A stretch of DNA of 64,000 nucleotides, taken from contig NC_042999.1 of NCBI RefSeq assembly GCF_006345805.1, positions 7,874,001-7,938,000 on the forward strand, written 5' to 3'. This stretch comes from Octopus sinensis. Its lineage: Eukaryota. The translations under genes were made by a program, and so were the position numbers. The notes under the pieces were generated by a model, which was not told the DNA's origin, searched no databases, and saw only the letters and a program-made list of their open reading frames with translations. Of the stretch, positions 11,871 to 24,332 are shown piece by piece (position 1 is the first letter of the stretch; each line of letters opens with the position of its first letter).

Positions 11871-12273
11871 GGCGCAGGAGTGGCTGTGTGGTAAGTAGCT
11901 CGTTTACCAGCCACATGGTTCCGGGTTCAGTCCCACTGCGTGGCACCTTGGGCAAGTGTCTTCTACTCTAGCCTCGGGCCGACCAAACCCTTGTGAGTGG
12001 ATTTGGTTGATGGAAACTTAAAGAAGCCCGTCGTATATATGTATATATATATATGTGTGTGTGTGTTTGTGTGTCTGTGTTTGTCCCCCTAGCATTGCTT
12101 GACAACCGATGGTGGTGTGTTTATGTCCCATTACTTAGCGGTTCGGCAAAAGAGACCGATAGAATAAGTACTGGGCTTACAAAAGGAATAAGTCCCGGGG
12201 TCGAGTTGCTCGATTAAAGGTGGTGCTCCAGCATGGCCACAGTCAAATGACTGAAAAAGTAAAAGAGTAAAAG
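11871..12273 (+). mobile_element. SINE family A, near-consensus
   Basis: GGCGCAGGAGTGGCTGTGTGGTAAG...GTAAAAGAGTAAAAGAG. Confidence 0.9.
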
Positions 12274-12589
12274 AGAGAGAGAGAGTAATGCTGCAAGAAA
12301 TAATATGGCTGTTATACATTATATAACTTCAATGTTGTTTTCAAAGTAGTTATTTAATTAACACCGAGCGCAGTGTGAACTCCTGTGAGATTAAGAATCG
12401 GAACAGTGGAACACGACGGTTTATACTTTCATATATGAAATGTAATTACAACACATTCATATTGCAATGGGTTTCATTAAAACGAGAACTGTATCAATTG
12501 GTTGTAGCATTAATATACAGAAAGTGATATCTGTTCCAAAACTGTATCTTTACAAAAGACCCACGCAGAAACAATTCATGAATATGCTT

Positions 12590-12625
12590 ATGTATGTATA
12601 TGAATGTACATACATACATGTGTAT

Positions 12626-12695
<70 letters not shown>

Positions 12696-12700
12696 GTATA

Positions 12701-12741
<41 letters not shown>

Positions 12742-12866
12742 AATATATATATATATACATATATACATACATATATATATATATGTATATATATATGTAT
12801 ATAATATATATACATAATATATATATATATATGTAATATATCATGTATGTATATATATATGTATAT

Positions 12867-12906
<40 letters not shown>

Positions 12907-12931
12907 CATATATATATATAATGTATGTATG

Positions 12932-12995
<64 letters not shown>

Positions 12996-12996
12996 G

Positions 12997-13033
<37 letters not shown>

Positions 13034-13146
13034 GTATATATATATATATATACATATATACATACATATATATATATGTATGTATATATATATGTATATA
13101 TATATATACATACATATATATATATATGTATATATATATATGTATG

Positions 13147-13187
<41 letters not shown>

Positions 13188-13246
13188 TATATATATACCA
13201 CATACATATATATATATATATGTATGTATGTATGTATATATATTAT

Positions 13247-13284
<38 letters not shown>
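12590..13284. repeat. ~700-bp imperfect (TA)n/(TATG)n microsatellite block
   Basis: Directly visible. Confidence 0.95.
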
Positions 13285-13446
13285 GGTGCAGGAGTGGCTG
13301 TGTGTAAGTACCTTGCTTCCGAACCACATGGCTCCAGGTTCAGTCCCACTGCGTGACACCGTGGGCAAGTGTCTTCTACTATAGCCTCAAGCCAACCAAA
13401 GCCTTGTGAGAGTGGATTTGATAAACGGAAACTGAAAGAAGCCCGT

Positions 13447-13499
<53 letters not shown>

Positions 13500-13715
13500 G
13501 TTTGTGTGTCTGTATTTGTTTCCCTACCAACATCGCTTGACAATCGATGCTGGTTTGTTTACGTCCACCGTAACTTAGTGCATTGGCAAAAGAGATCGAT
13601 AGAATAAGTACTAGGCTTACAAAGAATAAGTCCTGGGGTTGATTTGCTCAACTAAAAGACGGTGCTCCAGCATGGCCACAATCAAATGACTGAAATGGAT
13701 AAAAGAATAAAAGAA
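13285..13715 (+). mobile_element. SINE family A
   Basis: Full-length copy directly after a ~700-bp TA block. Confidence 0.9.
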
Positions 13716-14390
13716 TTTATTTATTTATATATATAAGTATATATATATATGAAAATGTATGCATGTATATATATATATTCATATATGTTTATATATATAG
13801 ATATACATACACATATGTGTATGTATGAATATGGATGAGGCTGTTTATATGTATGTGCATGTGTGTGTGTGTGTGCGTGTGCATGTCTTCAATAACTGCT
13901 TTGTGTTGTTGCAGTGTGAAATAAGTGCACAGCTGCTCCTAAATATTTGAGAAATTAATTCTCACTTTTGGCCCTTTGGGTTCCCTTTTCATCAATCTCG
14001 TTTTTGTGTTATTTGCAAATATCCTTTGCTTCACACTCCAATATATACACCTACGTGTGTATCAATAGATATTCATGCGTTATCGCTGCAATTTGATATC
14101 ACTTGCTTATTATCTTAAGCAATAGCAGCACTGATCTCGCATTTTGATTAGGGACCTCCATTGTTTTGCGTACAGATGTGGCACACAACATAGCTATAGC
14201 TATACATACACAGACAAGCAGTTTTGTGTATGTATATATATATATGTGTGTGTGTGTATTTATATGATATATATGACATATATACATATGTATATATATA
14301 TATAGTATAAATATTTATATATATATATATATATATGTATATATAGATATGCATATGTACATACCTATATGTTTATACTTACATCTATGC

Positions 14391-14429
<39 letters not shown>

Positions 14430-14786
14430 CAAAGTACGAGTACATGGAATATGAACTATTTTCTTGAACAATGAAAGATACAAATTGAAAACATTTGGCT
14501 GTTTTTCTACTCTCGTGTTTAATAATAAAAGGTAAAATTAATTAATTAATTAATAATTAATAATTTTACCAAGTAGTTTAGCTTGTTAAAAAAACCCTTA
14601 TCGGTAAACTTAAACAAAAATTTTTATAATTATTAGTATAATTATAATTAGAGTCCAGCAAAAAATTTGCTTCACTACATACGGAAATTTAGAAATAGCA
14701 GCCAAAACTAGCTATTTCTCTACCAAATTTCATTATGTGGTGAAGCAAACTTTTTGCTGAACCCTAATTATAATTATACTCATAAT

Positions 14787-14830
<44 letters not shown>

Positions 14831-15015
14831 CACGTATGTATATGTATATATATACACACGGGTGATTGATAAAATATTAGGAAGTGGTACTCAACACATT
14901 TTGTATTATCTTTCCCTCTGGTTAACTGATCCCAATGAACTAGGTTTCTTTAAGACATCTATTAAACTTCAAATCATGTGAGCTGAATCAAATTGTTTGA
15001 AATAATAACAACAAT

Positions 15016-15573
15016 AAATGCCCTGATGCAGTACCAGGCAGTGGCTCTCATGGCTTCTGATCTTAACTGATTGGAAGTGTTATCATGTACATTGTTTTGT
15101 CTTGGTATAAAAGATGGCCTACAGCAAATATTCTGCTCAATACCACAGATTTGCTTGTCACTTGTTTGACCTTAACCATTTGAGCATGTCCCTCGGTGAC
15201 TGACAATATGTGCATCTCTGATCACGGGCTGAAGTAGTTGGGTAGCATCATAGCCATGTGTTGAGAGGGATTCTTTGGGGTTTGAATAATTCACCTCTGG
15301 AAACATGGGTGGTTCGTTCAACATCCTTAAACAATCCTTATTCAGGGACTTTTTGAGCAGGATAGGCTACTCAACCTGAAGAAAATTCTAACTGGGCCCC
15401 ACCTGCAAGGTCATGTGCTGTTTATCTTGATATGAGATCACCATGTCGCGCACAGATGGTTGTGATGCATGTGCCGAGTGTACCCTTATCAGACGGGTAG
15501 TCATGATGGGTATACTGGGCATTGTATATTTTACACCAGTGTTACTTTGATGGCATGTACTGCTCTCTCACTC
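15016..15573 (+). mobile_element. 558-bp ORF-less retroelement-like unit (family G) with (AAT)n tail
   Basis: Colinear second copy at 54484-55042 (minus) with the same 5' and 3' ends, 3' fragment at 28474-28569. All three run into (AAT)n. Confidence 0.75.
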
Positions 15574-15586
15574 AATAATAATAATG

Positions 15587-15625
<39 letters not shown>

Positions 15626-15630
15626 TAATA

Positions 15631-15676
<46 letters not shown>

Positions 15677-15919
15677 TTCAGTTGATTTATTAAATAGGGC
15701 AGAGCCCTCCTTGGAAAGCAAAGTAACTGACACAGAACTCTTAGGCTCACAAACTGGTAGTTGAGCTTCTTGCGTCTTTTGTGTCAGTGGCAGCTTGAAT
15801 ATCTCAAACAACACCTCACCAGGTGTTTATATTTTCCTAACAGATCACTGCTGTAGGTATTTTGTATTCTTATAATTGGTAAGTGCCAAATTCTTGCATC
15901 TCTCTGTGAAGTCATACAC

Positions 15920-16440
15920 AGATCATGACTCTCTGAGCCTCAGCATCATTTTCATCAACTGGCTGCACAGTTAGCATTGGACTGGACAACTTGTTTGAAT
16001 GCATGACTGGAGGATCCTAAGCAGATGCTACATGGTGAACTTGTTTATGGAAAGTGCCTGCAGTTGAAACTAAGACTAGGATTGAAGGATTGTGTAGTGT
16101 CCTTGTTGAAGGCCCCATGAAATATAGGGGATCAATGGGGAAAGCAATGCTTGTCATCAGCACCAATAGTGGAAACAAAGGAAGGAATGGATATTTTTGA
16201 GAAATAAAACCATGCATTTTTTCTGCTGAATTTAAGCAAGCTGCTCAAAACCAACACCACCAAGGAAGTGAATGGAGAAAGCCTGGCTTTCAATATCCAT
16301 GAACATGTGCATTTATCAAGATCTGGACTCCTTAATTACCAGTGGAGCAACAAGTGTAAATGATGAATTTGTCTGAATGCACAATGTTATTGATGGTCAG
16401 AGATGGTCTTCATCTCTCATGATCGGACAGTCATCATATC
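15920..16440 (+). mobile_element. Old RTE LINE 3' remnant
   Basis: WTGQLV*MHDWRIPKQMLHGELVYGK...LRLGLKDC resembles RTE WAGHVxRMxDxRIPKQxxYGELxxGKR...RxKD. Confidence 0.65.
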
Positions 16441-16460
16441 ATTTCATGTATGTATATATT

Positions 16461-16838
16461 GGCATGGGCGTGGTTGTGTGGTAAGAAGTTTGTTGTCCAA
16501 CCATATGGTTTCAGGTTCAGTCCCACCACATGGCACCTTGGGCAACTGTCTTCTACTGTTGCTTCAGGCCGAATAAAGTCTTTTCAGAGGGTTCTGTAAG
16601 GGAAAACTAAAAGAAGCCATTTATGTGTGTGTGTGTGTCCACCTGACAACAGGTGGTGGTGGTGGTGGTTTATGTCCCTGTAACTAAGTTCAGTAAAACA
16701 CACAGATTGAATAAGCACCAGGCTGAAAAAAAAAGCATAAAATAGTCAGGGGTATCATTTCATTTGATTGAAATTCTTCAAGATACAACCCTGGTATGGC
16801 CGTGGTCTAATGACTGAAAAAAGTAAGATATAAAAAAA
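16461..16838 (+). mobile_element. SINE family A, diverged
   Basis: Head, core and tail recognisable. Confidence 0.75.
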
Positions 16839-17044
16839 ATAAATGATGCTTTTGTATATATATATATTCTAACAACTTATAGAACACAGATCAACTTGTG
16901 TCTTAAACCCTGTAGCCATGATTAAGAGCCTCTTGGTCCACAATTTAAGAAACAACAGAGCAAATCTCATTATCGCATTGTAATTTGTCCTGGATTAAAA
17001 AACTCTCTCACTCACAGCATTAACCATAACAAATATATATATGA

Positions 17045-17382
17045 GGCGACCCCCTTCGGTCATGAATGACCCTGAGGTTGCACATAGAAAGGTACCCTCT
17101 GAGGCACAAGTCCAGGCAAGGTTGTTTGTGGAAGGCTAGCAGTCGCCCGTGCATACCAGCCTCCCCTCTCCATGCCACCAATGTTATCCAAGGGAAAGGC
17201 AAAGGCCATGATACAGCTTGGCACCAGTGATGTCGCAACTCATTTCTACAGCTAAGTTAACTGGAGCAATGTGAAATAAAGTGTCTTGCTCAAGAACCCA
17301 ACATGCAGCCCGGTCTGGGAATCGAATTCACAACCTCACGTTCGTAAGCTCGGCAATCTAACCACTAAGCCATGCACCTTCA
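17045..17382 (-). mobile_element. SINE family D
   Basis: Reverse complement of 36010-36282 with extra internal sequence. Confidence 0.8.
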
Positions 17383-17396
17383 CATACATATATACC

Positions 17397-17868
17397 TATT
17401 TCTTTACTATCCAGAAGGGGCTAAACACAGAGAGGACAAACAAGGACAGACAAACAGATTAAGTCGATTCCATCTACCCCAGTGCATAACTGGTACTTAA
17501 TTTATCAACCCCGAAAGGATGAAAGGCAAAATCGACCTCGGTGGAATTTGAACTCAAAACGTAACGGCAGACGAAATACGGCTATGCATTTCGCCCGGCG
17601 TGCTAACCTTTCTGCCAGCTCGCCGCCTTATATACCTATTTCTTTACTACCCACAAGGGGCTAAACACAGATGGGACAAACAAGGACAGAGAAACTGAAT
17701 AAGTCGATTACATCGACTCCAGTGCGTAACTGGTACTTATTTAATCAACCCCGAAAGGATGAAAGACAAAGTCGACCTGGGCGGAATTTGAACTCAGAAT
17801 GTAACGGAAGACGAAATGCGGCTACGCATTTCACCTGGCGTGCTAACTTTTTTGCCAGCTCTCCACCT
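17397..17868 (-). mobile_element. SINE family B tandem dimer, period 240 bp
   Basis: TATATACC at 17389, 17629 and 17869 separates two full units. Confidence 0.9.
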
Positions 17869-18428
17869 TATATACCATTGCATGAATACAGCTAAATGCA
17901 AAATTAACACATGTATTACCTTGTATTACCATGTCATACACATATATTTATGATTCTGGCAGAACATTGAGAACCTTATCAGAAAATTACATTGAAATTC
18001 ATACATATACATATATATATCTATAAGTTTAATCATGAGAGTCATACAAGATATCACACACTTCAGCTGCATAGGAATCATATTATATCCTGGCTGGCAA
18101 TCATTATAGATGATAAAGCGATATCTCAGGTTTCTCTGTTTTTCTTTTTGTTTTTTGTTCTGCTATCCAAATTCACTGAGCCCAGATAAAAATAGTTTAT
18201 TGTACTTGCGTATCTCTGTTCAGCGATTAGTTCTTATAAATTATTTGGTACTGATACTTTATTGATCGGTATCACATTTACATATAAGATGTATTTCAGT
18301 GCAATATCAACAAGGCTATCTCTCTCTCTCTCTCTCTCTATGTGTGTCTCTTTCTCTGTCTCTCTGTCTGTCTGTCTTTCTTTGTTTCTCTGTCTGTCTC
18401 TCTGTCTTTCTGTCTGTCTCTCTCTCGC

Positions 18429-18485
<57 letters not shown>

Positions 18486-18496
18486 TTATCTATCTA

Positions 18497-18548
<52 letters not shown>

Positions 18549-18843
18549 ATATATATATATATATATAGATAGATAGATAGTTAGATAGATAGACAGACAG
18601 AGAGATATACATTTATATATACACACATGTACTCACACATGCACATACATACATATACGTTCATACAAATATACACATATTTACACATACATACAAATAT
18701 ACAAATCAACTTACATATGTGTACATATAATATATATGTATATATATATGCATGTAGGAAGAGAGAGAGGGGGTAGGGGGATAGATACATAGATATTCAA
18801 ACATAAATAATATCCCATACATACTTATACACACACACACATA

Positions 18844-19553
18844 GGCAAAGGAGTGGCTGTGTGGTAAAAAGCTTGCTTCCCAATCACATGGTTCTGGGTT
18901 CAATCCCACAGCGTGGCACTTTAGGCAAGTGTTTTCTACTATATCCTGAGGCCGACCAAAGCCTTGTGATTGGATTTGGTAGGTGGAAACTGAAAGAAGC
19001 CCGTCATTTATGTGTGTGTGTGTGTGTGTGTGTGTGTGGATGTGTATGTTTGTGTGTGTATGTATTAATTTCTTCAGGCACCCTCCTAAATGTCGTAAAC
19101 CACTTTACAATACCAGTTTCTTCTCTCGCACCGCTGAACTCTGGAATTCCCTTCCACACTCTTGTTTCCCTCTTCAATATGACCCCCAGTCTTTTAAGTT
19201 TAATGTACATCATCCCCTATTGACTTCTGTCTAACATCCATTTTATTCTAGTAGCTCTTACACTTTCAGTTGTCTAAGCACCTTGTAATGCTCCCATTTT
19301 TTTTTAAAGCATTCGGTCCTTACACCTAATGCTTTAAAAAAAATATTTGTGCGTCTGTGCTTGTCCCCCCACCATCGCTTCACAACTGATGTTTGTGTGT
19401 TTACATCACTATAACTTAGCAGTTCAGCAAAAAGAGACCGATAAATAAGTACTAAGCTTACAAAGAATAAGTCTTGGAGTCGATTTGTTCGACTAAAGGT
19501 GGTGCTCCAGCATGACCACAGTCAAAATGACTGCAACAAGTAAGAGAATAAAA
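18844..19553 (+). mobile_element. SINE family A interrupted by a CR1-type fragment
   Basis: 5' half 18844-19060 and 3' half 19345-19553. Confidence 0.85.
19072..19330 (+). mobile_element. CR1/L2-type LINE 3' fragment nested in a family A SINE
   Basis: HPPKCRKPLYNTSFFSRTAELWNSLPHSCFPLQYDPQSFK matches the SFFxRTxxLWNSLP end motif of CR1/L2/Jockey-group ORF2. Confidence 0.75.
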
Positions 19554-20129
19554 AGGTTCTACTTTTATGTAATATTTGAGTTAATGTCTAAATAATCTTG
19601 CCCTTTTTTTTATTCTAAATCTTTTATTTGAATATTTCAGACACATGTTTATATTTATACAAGAAAAACTGCATCGCAGTTTGTCTTAAACCGTCTGCGA
19701 CCAGTGTACTTTGCTGGACTTCATCCAAACTAATAAAGCTTTCACCATTGATAACCTAATGAAAAATATATATAGTGAAAGCCTGTAACGTTAAGCCTGA
19801 ACTACAGCACAATGAAAAGTAAATAATAGAAACAACAGACATAACACTTAATAACCATAAGTGAAGCAGATCAATCAAGCAAGCGACAATAGCATTGCTA
19901 AATATTTAAACAAATCTGAGAAAGGTCCAAACCAGGCGCTTTGAGGAGTTGTTTAACTGGTTCCATGTAGTTAACAAAATAACCATTGAAGAGCCCTCTG
20001 CCAACTTTCAAATTAAAACTGGAGTTAAGTGTTCAATTGCTGCTGAAGTCAACTTCACATTTTATCCTTCTGAATTTCGTAACATTTAAGTCCTAGTAAA
20101 TTACCAAGGTTGTTAATATTTATTTTTTC

Positions 20130-20522
20130 CTTTCTGTTACTTGTTTCACTCATTTTGATTGTGGCCATGCTGGAACATTGCTTTTAGTTGAACAAATCGA
20201 CCCCAGGACTTATTCTTTGTAAGGCTAGCATTTACTCTATCTGTCTCTTTTGCTGAGCTGCTAAGTTACAGGGGACGTAAACACACCAACATCGGGTTTC
20301 AAGCGATGGTGGGGGACAAACAGTGACACAAAGACACACTCACATATATTTATTTATATATATATATATATGACAGGCTTCTTTCAGTTTCCATCTACCA
20401 AATCTACTGACAAGGTTTTGGTCAGCCCAAGGCTATAACAGAAGACACTTGCCTAGTGGGACTGAACCCAGAACCACGTGGTTGGGAAGTAAGCTTCTTA
20501 ATACACAGCCACTCCTGCACCT
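20130..20522 (-). mobile_element. SINE family A
   Basis: Reverse-strand copy with a partial deletion in the head. Confidence 0.85.
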
Positions 20523-20611
20523 ATATATATATATATTTTATATATTTATACACACACACACACACACACACACTTATATATATATAATATATATGTGTAT
20601 ATCTATATATA

Positions 20612-20647
<36 letters not shown>

Positions 20648-20650
<3 letters not shown>

Positions 20651-20810
20651 TCACGGAGTGGTTGGCGTTAGGAAGGGCATCCAGCCATAGAAACACTGCC
20701 AGATCAGACTGGGCCTGATGCAGCCTTCTGGCTTCACAGACCTCAGTTGAACCGTCCAACCCATGCTAGCATGGGAAGCGGACGCTTAAATGATGATGAT
20801 GATGATGATG
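20648..20810 (+). mobile_element. Repeat family C, 3' part
   Basis: GGAGTGGTTGGCGTTAGGAAGGGCATCC...(GAT)n. Confidence 0.85.
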
Positions 20811-20855
20811 ATATATATATGTATATATATGTGTGTGTGGTAGTATATATATAAA

Positions 20856-20898
<43 letters not shown>

Positions 20899-20931
20899 TA
20901 TATTATATATGTAATATATATATATAATATA

Positions 20932-20975
<44 letters not shown>

Positions 20976-21056
20976 ATATATATGTATATATAATATATGT
21001 GTGTGTATGAGTATATATATATGTAATATAATATGTGACAATTATTTGGTTGCTAT

Positions 21057-21116
21057 AATAAAACTCGAGTTTTGGATGTCAGAGCAGAAAACTGCTCTGG
21101 CATCTCATCAGTTATT
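21057..21116 (-). ncRNA. Type I hammerhead ribozyme-like motif, one core mutation
   Basis: AATAA CTGATGA GATGCCAGAGCAG TTTT CTGCTCTGACATC C AAAA CTCGAG TT TTATT: 13-bp stem II with 1 mismatch, GAAA changed to AAAA, palindromic stem III, 5-bp stem I. Confidence 0.6.
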
Positions 21117-21254
21117 GAGGCAATCAAAAAATCTGAACTTGGAGTCTTATTATGGCTACCGAATAATTGTCACAATTTATATTACAGACAAATTCATCTA
21201 TTTACATAATATTGAGGTCTCATTCATTATTTTGTTGTCTTACCATTACTATTA

Positions 21255-21287
<33 letters not shown>

Positions 21288-21291
<4 letters not shown>

Positions 21292-21482
21292 TAGCTGAAA
21301 TTTATAGTAAAACAAAAGATGAAGACAGGTGTATGAACAACAAGCAGGTGTATTAGTTTGATGCTTGGGAAGTTGAGAAAGTCTTTTATGTTTCGAGCCT
21401 ACGCTCTTCAACAGATAGGAATATGAGGCAATAAACAGAGAGGGAATAAAAAAAACTTGTGGATTTAGCAATCAATCATATG
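21288..21482 (-). mobile_element. ~200-bp (TA)n-associated element with hammerhead-like GAAGAGC-GTAG-GCTCGAAAC motif
   Basis: Motif at 21390-21414 (minus: CTGTTGAAGAGCGTAGGCTCGAAAC). Homologous to 23055-23258. Confidence 0.55.
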
Positions 21483-21768
21483 GGTTTCAAATTTTTGCAC
21501 AAGGCCAGTAATTGTGGGGCAGTGAATAATTCAGTTCCATTAACCCCAGTTTATCAGATGGATTAATGATGTGTTCACCGGATGCAAACAAGAACAACCA
21601 AACCTTCTTCAGGCATTTCCAACTGCCTTGAAAATAAAAGGGAGAAACACATTGGATGGTCAGAAAATGGCTTTATTCATTGGATCACCTGATGAGATAG
21701 CTGGAAATGTTGGGGCCAACCAAAGTAATGTGAGTGGATATGGTAGAGGGAAACTGAATGAAACCCAT

Positions 21769-21816
<48 letters not shown>

Positions 21817-23025
21817 TTTGAGTTGACATGGCATGATAATTGTAAAATGAATGTCACTGTTGTACAAGTGGTGTTGTTTGTGATCATCATCATCATCATC
21901 ATCATCATCATTTAATATCCATTTTCCATGCTGCAATTGGAACAGTAAGACAGTAGCTTGGAGATATTCCTCAGATATTTTTCGATGCAGAAACAGTTTT
22001 TCGTTCACTCCGTCATTGTTGCAACATCTTTCACAAATTCTTCACTTCGACGCTCCACATCCTCATACACATTAGAAACTGTTTCCTTTTTACTTACATT
22101 CACTTCTTTTTCTCGATCTTTGATTACTTTTCCTCTTAAAAACCCCTTTTTGTGTAGTTTTTTTTTTTTGTAAGAAAACTTGCTGACGAGGAAACTTTTG
22201 TTTAAATTCTCTTCAAAATAAACTTTTGAATAATTTCTAATATCACCATTCAGTTTTAACAAAAGATGATACAATCAGGCAGGATTTTTGTTTTAATTAA
22301 AATGTCAACTGTCAGTAGATTATCTTGGCAAACAATAAAACTTCTGAAAAGGACAAAAAATAAAATCCTCAAATTTGTGATTTATTTAGGAACTTAAGCA
22401 CATCACCAGCTGTTGGCACAATGTTACTTTCCTTTATAAATTTTAACATTTTACTGTTTTAACCTAATTTCTTTTAGCCCTGAACATGGATTTATTGTGT
22501 AAAAACAGCTTTAGTCTCTCTCTAAATTAGAGATTATTTATTGCATTGTCATATTACATCATCAAATATTCCCTGGCAAAAAGACTTGTATTTTCCATTT
22601 ACCATGACTTACACTTTCTATCTTACACAGTAAGGAATGTTTTAACAAGATGCTTGCTTTTTTATTTTCATTTTTACGTTTTTGCTATAATTTAATGATA
22701 GAATTTGAGTACAGTCTCTCTTTTCATATTTACAAGTACTGCCTGCAAAATTAATTCCTAATTCTATAAGGGCCCATATTGGTTCCTTTCTGTATTCACC
22801 CTGTTGACGTCATAGTTAGAAGGAGCTCCATATCCTGATCCTTAATAAAAAGGAATGGCTTAGAATTACGGCATATTTCATATATATATATTTTTTAACT
22901 GGGCATCTGCTTGCTTCTTCAATTTCCTTATTTGGCAGAAGAAGAAGGATGCATGCAAGCTTTTGGGTGTTATTTCAGCCTTTTTTGATGATTTGATATC
23001 AACGGAAAGTTTTATTTGGAAAGAT

Positions 23026-23054
<29 letters not shown>

Positions 23055-23063
<9 letters not shown>

Positions 23064-23254
23064 GATCGGTAGCCATGATATATTGGTAGCCACTACACAC
23101 ATTTTTTTCTCTCCTTGTTTTTTCTGTGTCCCTTTCTGTAGAAGAGCGTAGGCTCGAAACTTAAAAGACTTTTTCAATTCCTGAGTGTTGTAGTAATACA
23201 TCTGTTTGTTTTGTACACCACCTGTCTTTGTCTTTTGTTTTTTTCGTGAACTCT

Positions 23255-23258
<4 letters not shown>
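23055..23258 (+). mobile_element. Second copy of the (TA)n-embedded ~200-bp element
   Basis: CTTT CTGTAGAA GAGC GTAG GCTC GAAAC TTA AAAG at 23132-23167, (TA)n on both sides. 3' fragment also at 32955-33030. Confidence 0.55.
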
Positions 23259-23289
<31 letters not shown>

Positions 23290-23794
23290 TTAAATAATGT
23301 GCAGGTTACTCCCATTTTCAGATGATTTACCTTACCCATTACAGTGTATTAGTGTTTGAATTAAGCTTTCATTATTATCAACACTCATTCTCTGAGTTCA
23401 GTACCTTCTTGGTCCAGCTTTGTATTTCATTCCTCACAGGTCAATAAAACAATTACAAGTTACCTAACATGTCAAACTAATTGACTTCATACCTTCTCCT
23501 TAATACTTGTATTAATCAAAGAGTTCATTATTAACATTCGTTTTTAATTAGTTTTCAAAACTCTCGTTACTACACTATATCGCTGTCCAATTGAATCCTC
23601 TCTTCTAATCACATCAAGTAAAACCCTTCAACTTTTCTGTATATTTTAGTAAGATTCCAGTTAGCTTTTTAGGGATATCGATTATAAAACATTGTCCAAG
23701 CATTACTATAAGACAAGCGTCTTTGTTTGGTGTTTTAGAACATAATCGTTAAGCCAAGTAATGAGAAGAAGACCCATCAAGCCAAGGAAAACTG

Positions 23795-24000
23795 CAGTTG
23801 TGGCAGATACTAGTGTCATGCAAATGGCACCCGTGCCGGTGCCAGGTAAAAGTACCCATTACACTCTTGGAGTGGTTGGCACTGGGAAAGGGCATCAATC
23901 TGTAGAAACCATGCTACATTAAACTGGAGTCTGCTGCAGCTTTTCAGCTTGCCAGCTCTGGTCAAACCATCCAACCCATACCAGCATGGAAAAACAGTTA
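23795..24000 (+). mobile_element. Repeat family C, diverged
   Basis: Core and CCAACCCATACCAGCATGG end recognisable. Confidence 0.7.
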
Positions 24001-24189
24001 AAGGCTTATATTTATATATATATATATATTATATATATATATATATATATACACAACACACATATATATATATATATATAATATATATATACACACACAC
24101 TATATATATTATATAGATATATATACACACACACACACCACATATCTACATATGTGCATGTGTGTATATAATTATATATACATATATGT

Positions 24190-24332
24190 GTGTGTGATGG
24201 GCTTCATTAAGTTTGTGTGTAACAAATCCACTCACAAGGCTTTGGTTGGCCTAGGGTTATAGTAGAAGAGACACTTGCCCAAGGGCAAGTGGGCTTAAGC
24301 AAGTTTTTTAAGGCCACAGCCACACCTGCACC
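24190..24332 (-). mobile_element. SINE family A, degraded 5' half
   Basis: ACTCACAAGGCTTTGGTTGGCC...ACACTTGCCCAAG...CACAGCCACACCTGCACC. Confidence 0.7.

Noticed and set aside
12467-13356. 253-aa and overlapping long ORFs
   Set aside because: Pure TA-repeat block plus a SINE head.
21686-21715. CTGATGAGATAGCTGGAAATGTT hammerhead candidate
   Set aside because: Needs two repairs and stem I does not pair.
22765-22850. Possible minus-strand terminal exon SGYGAPSNYDVNRVNTERNQYGPL*
   Set aside because: Acceptor is plausible but no partner exons or homology were recognised.
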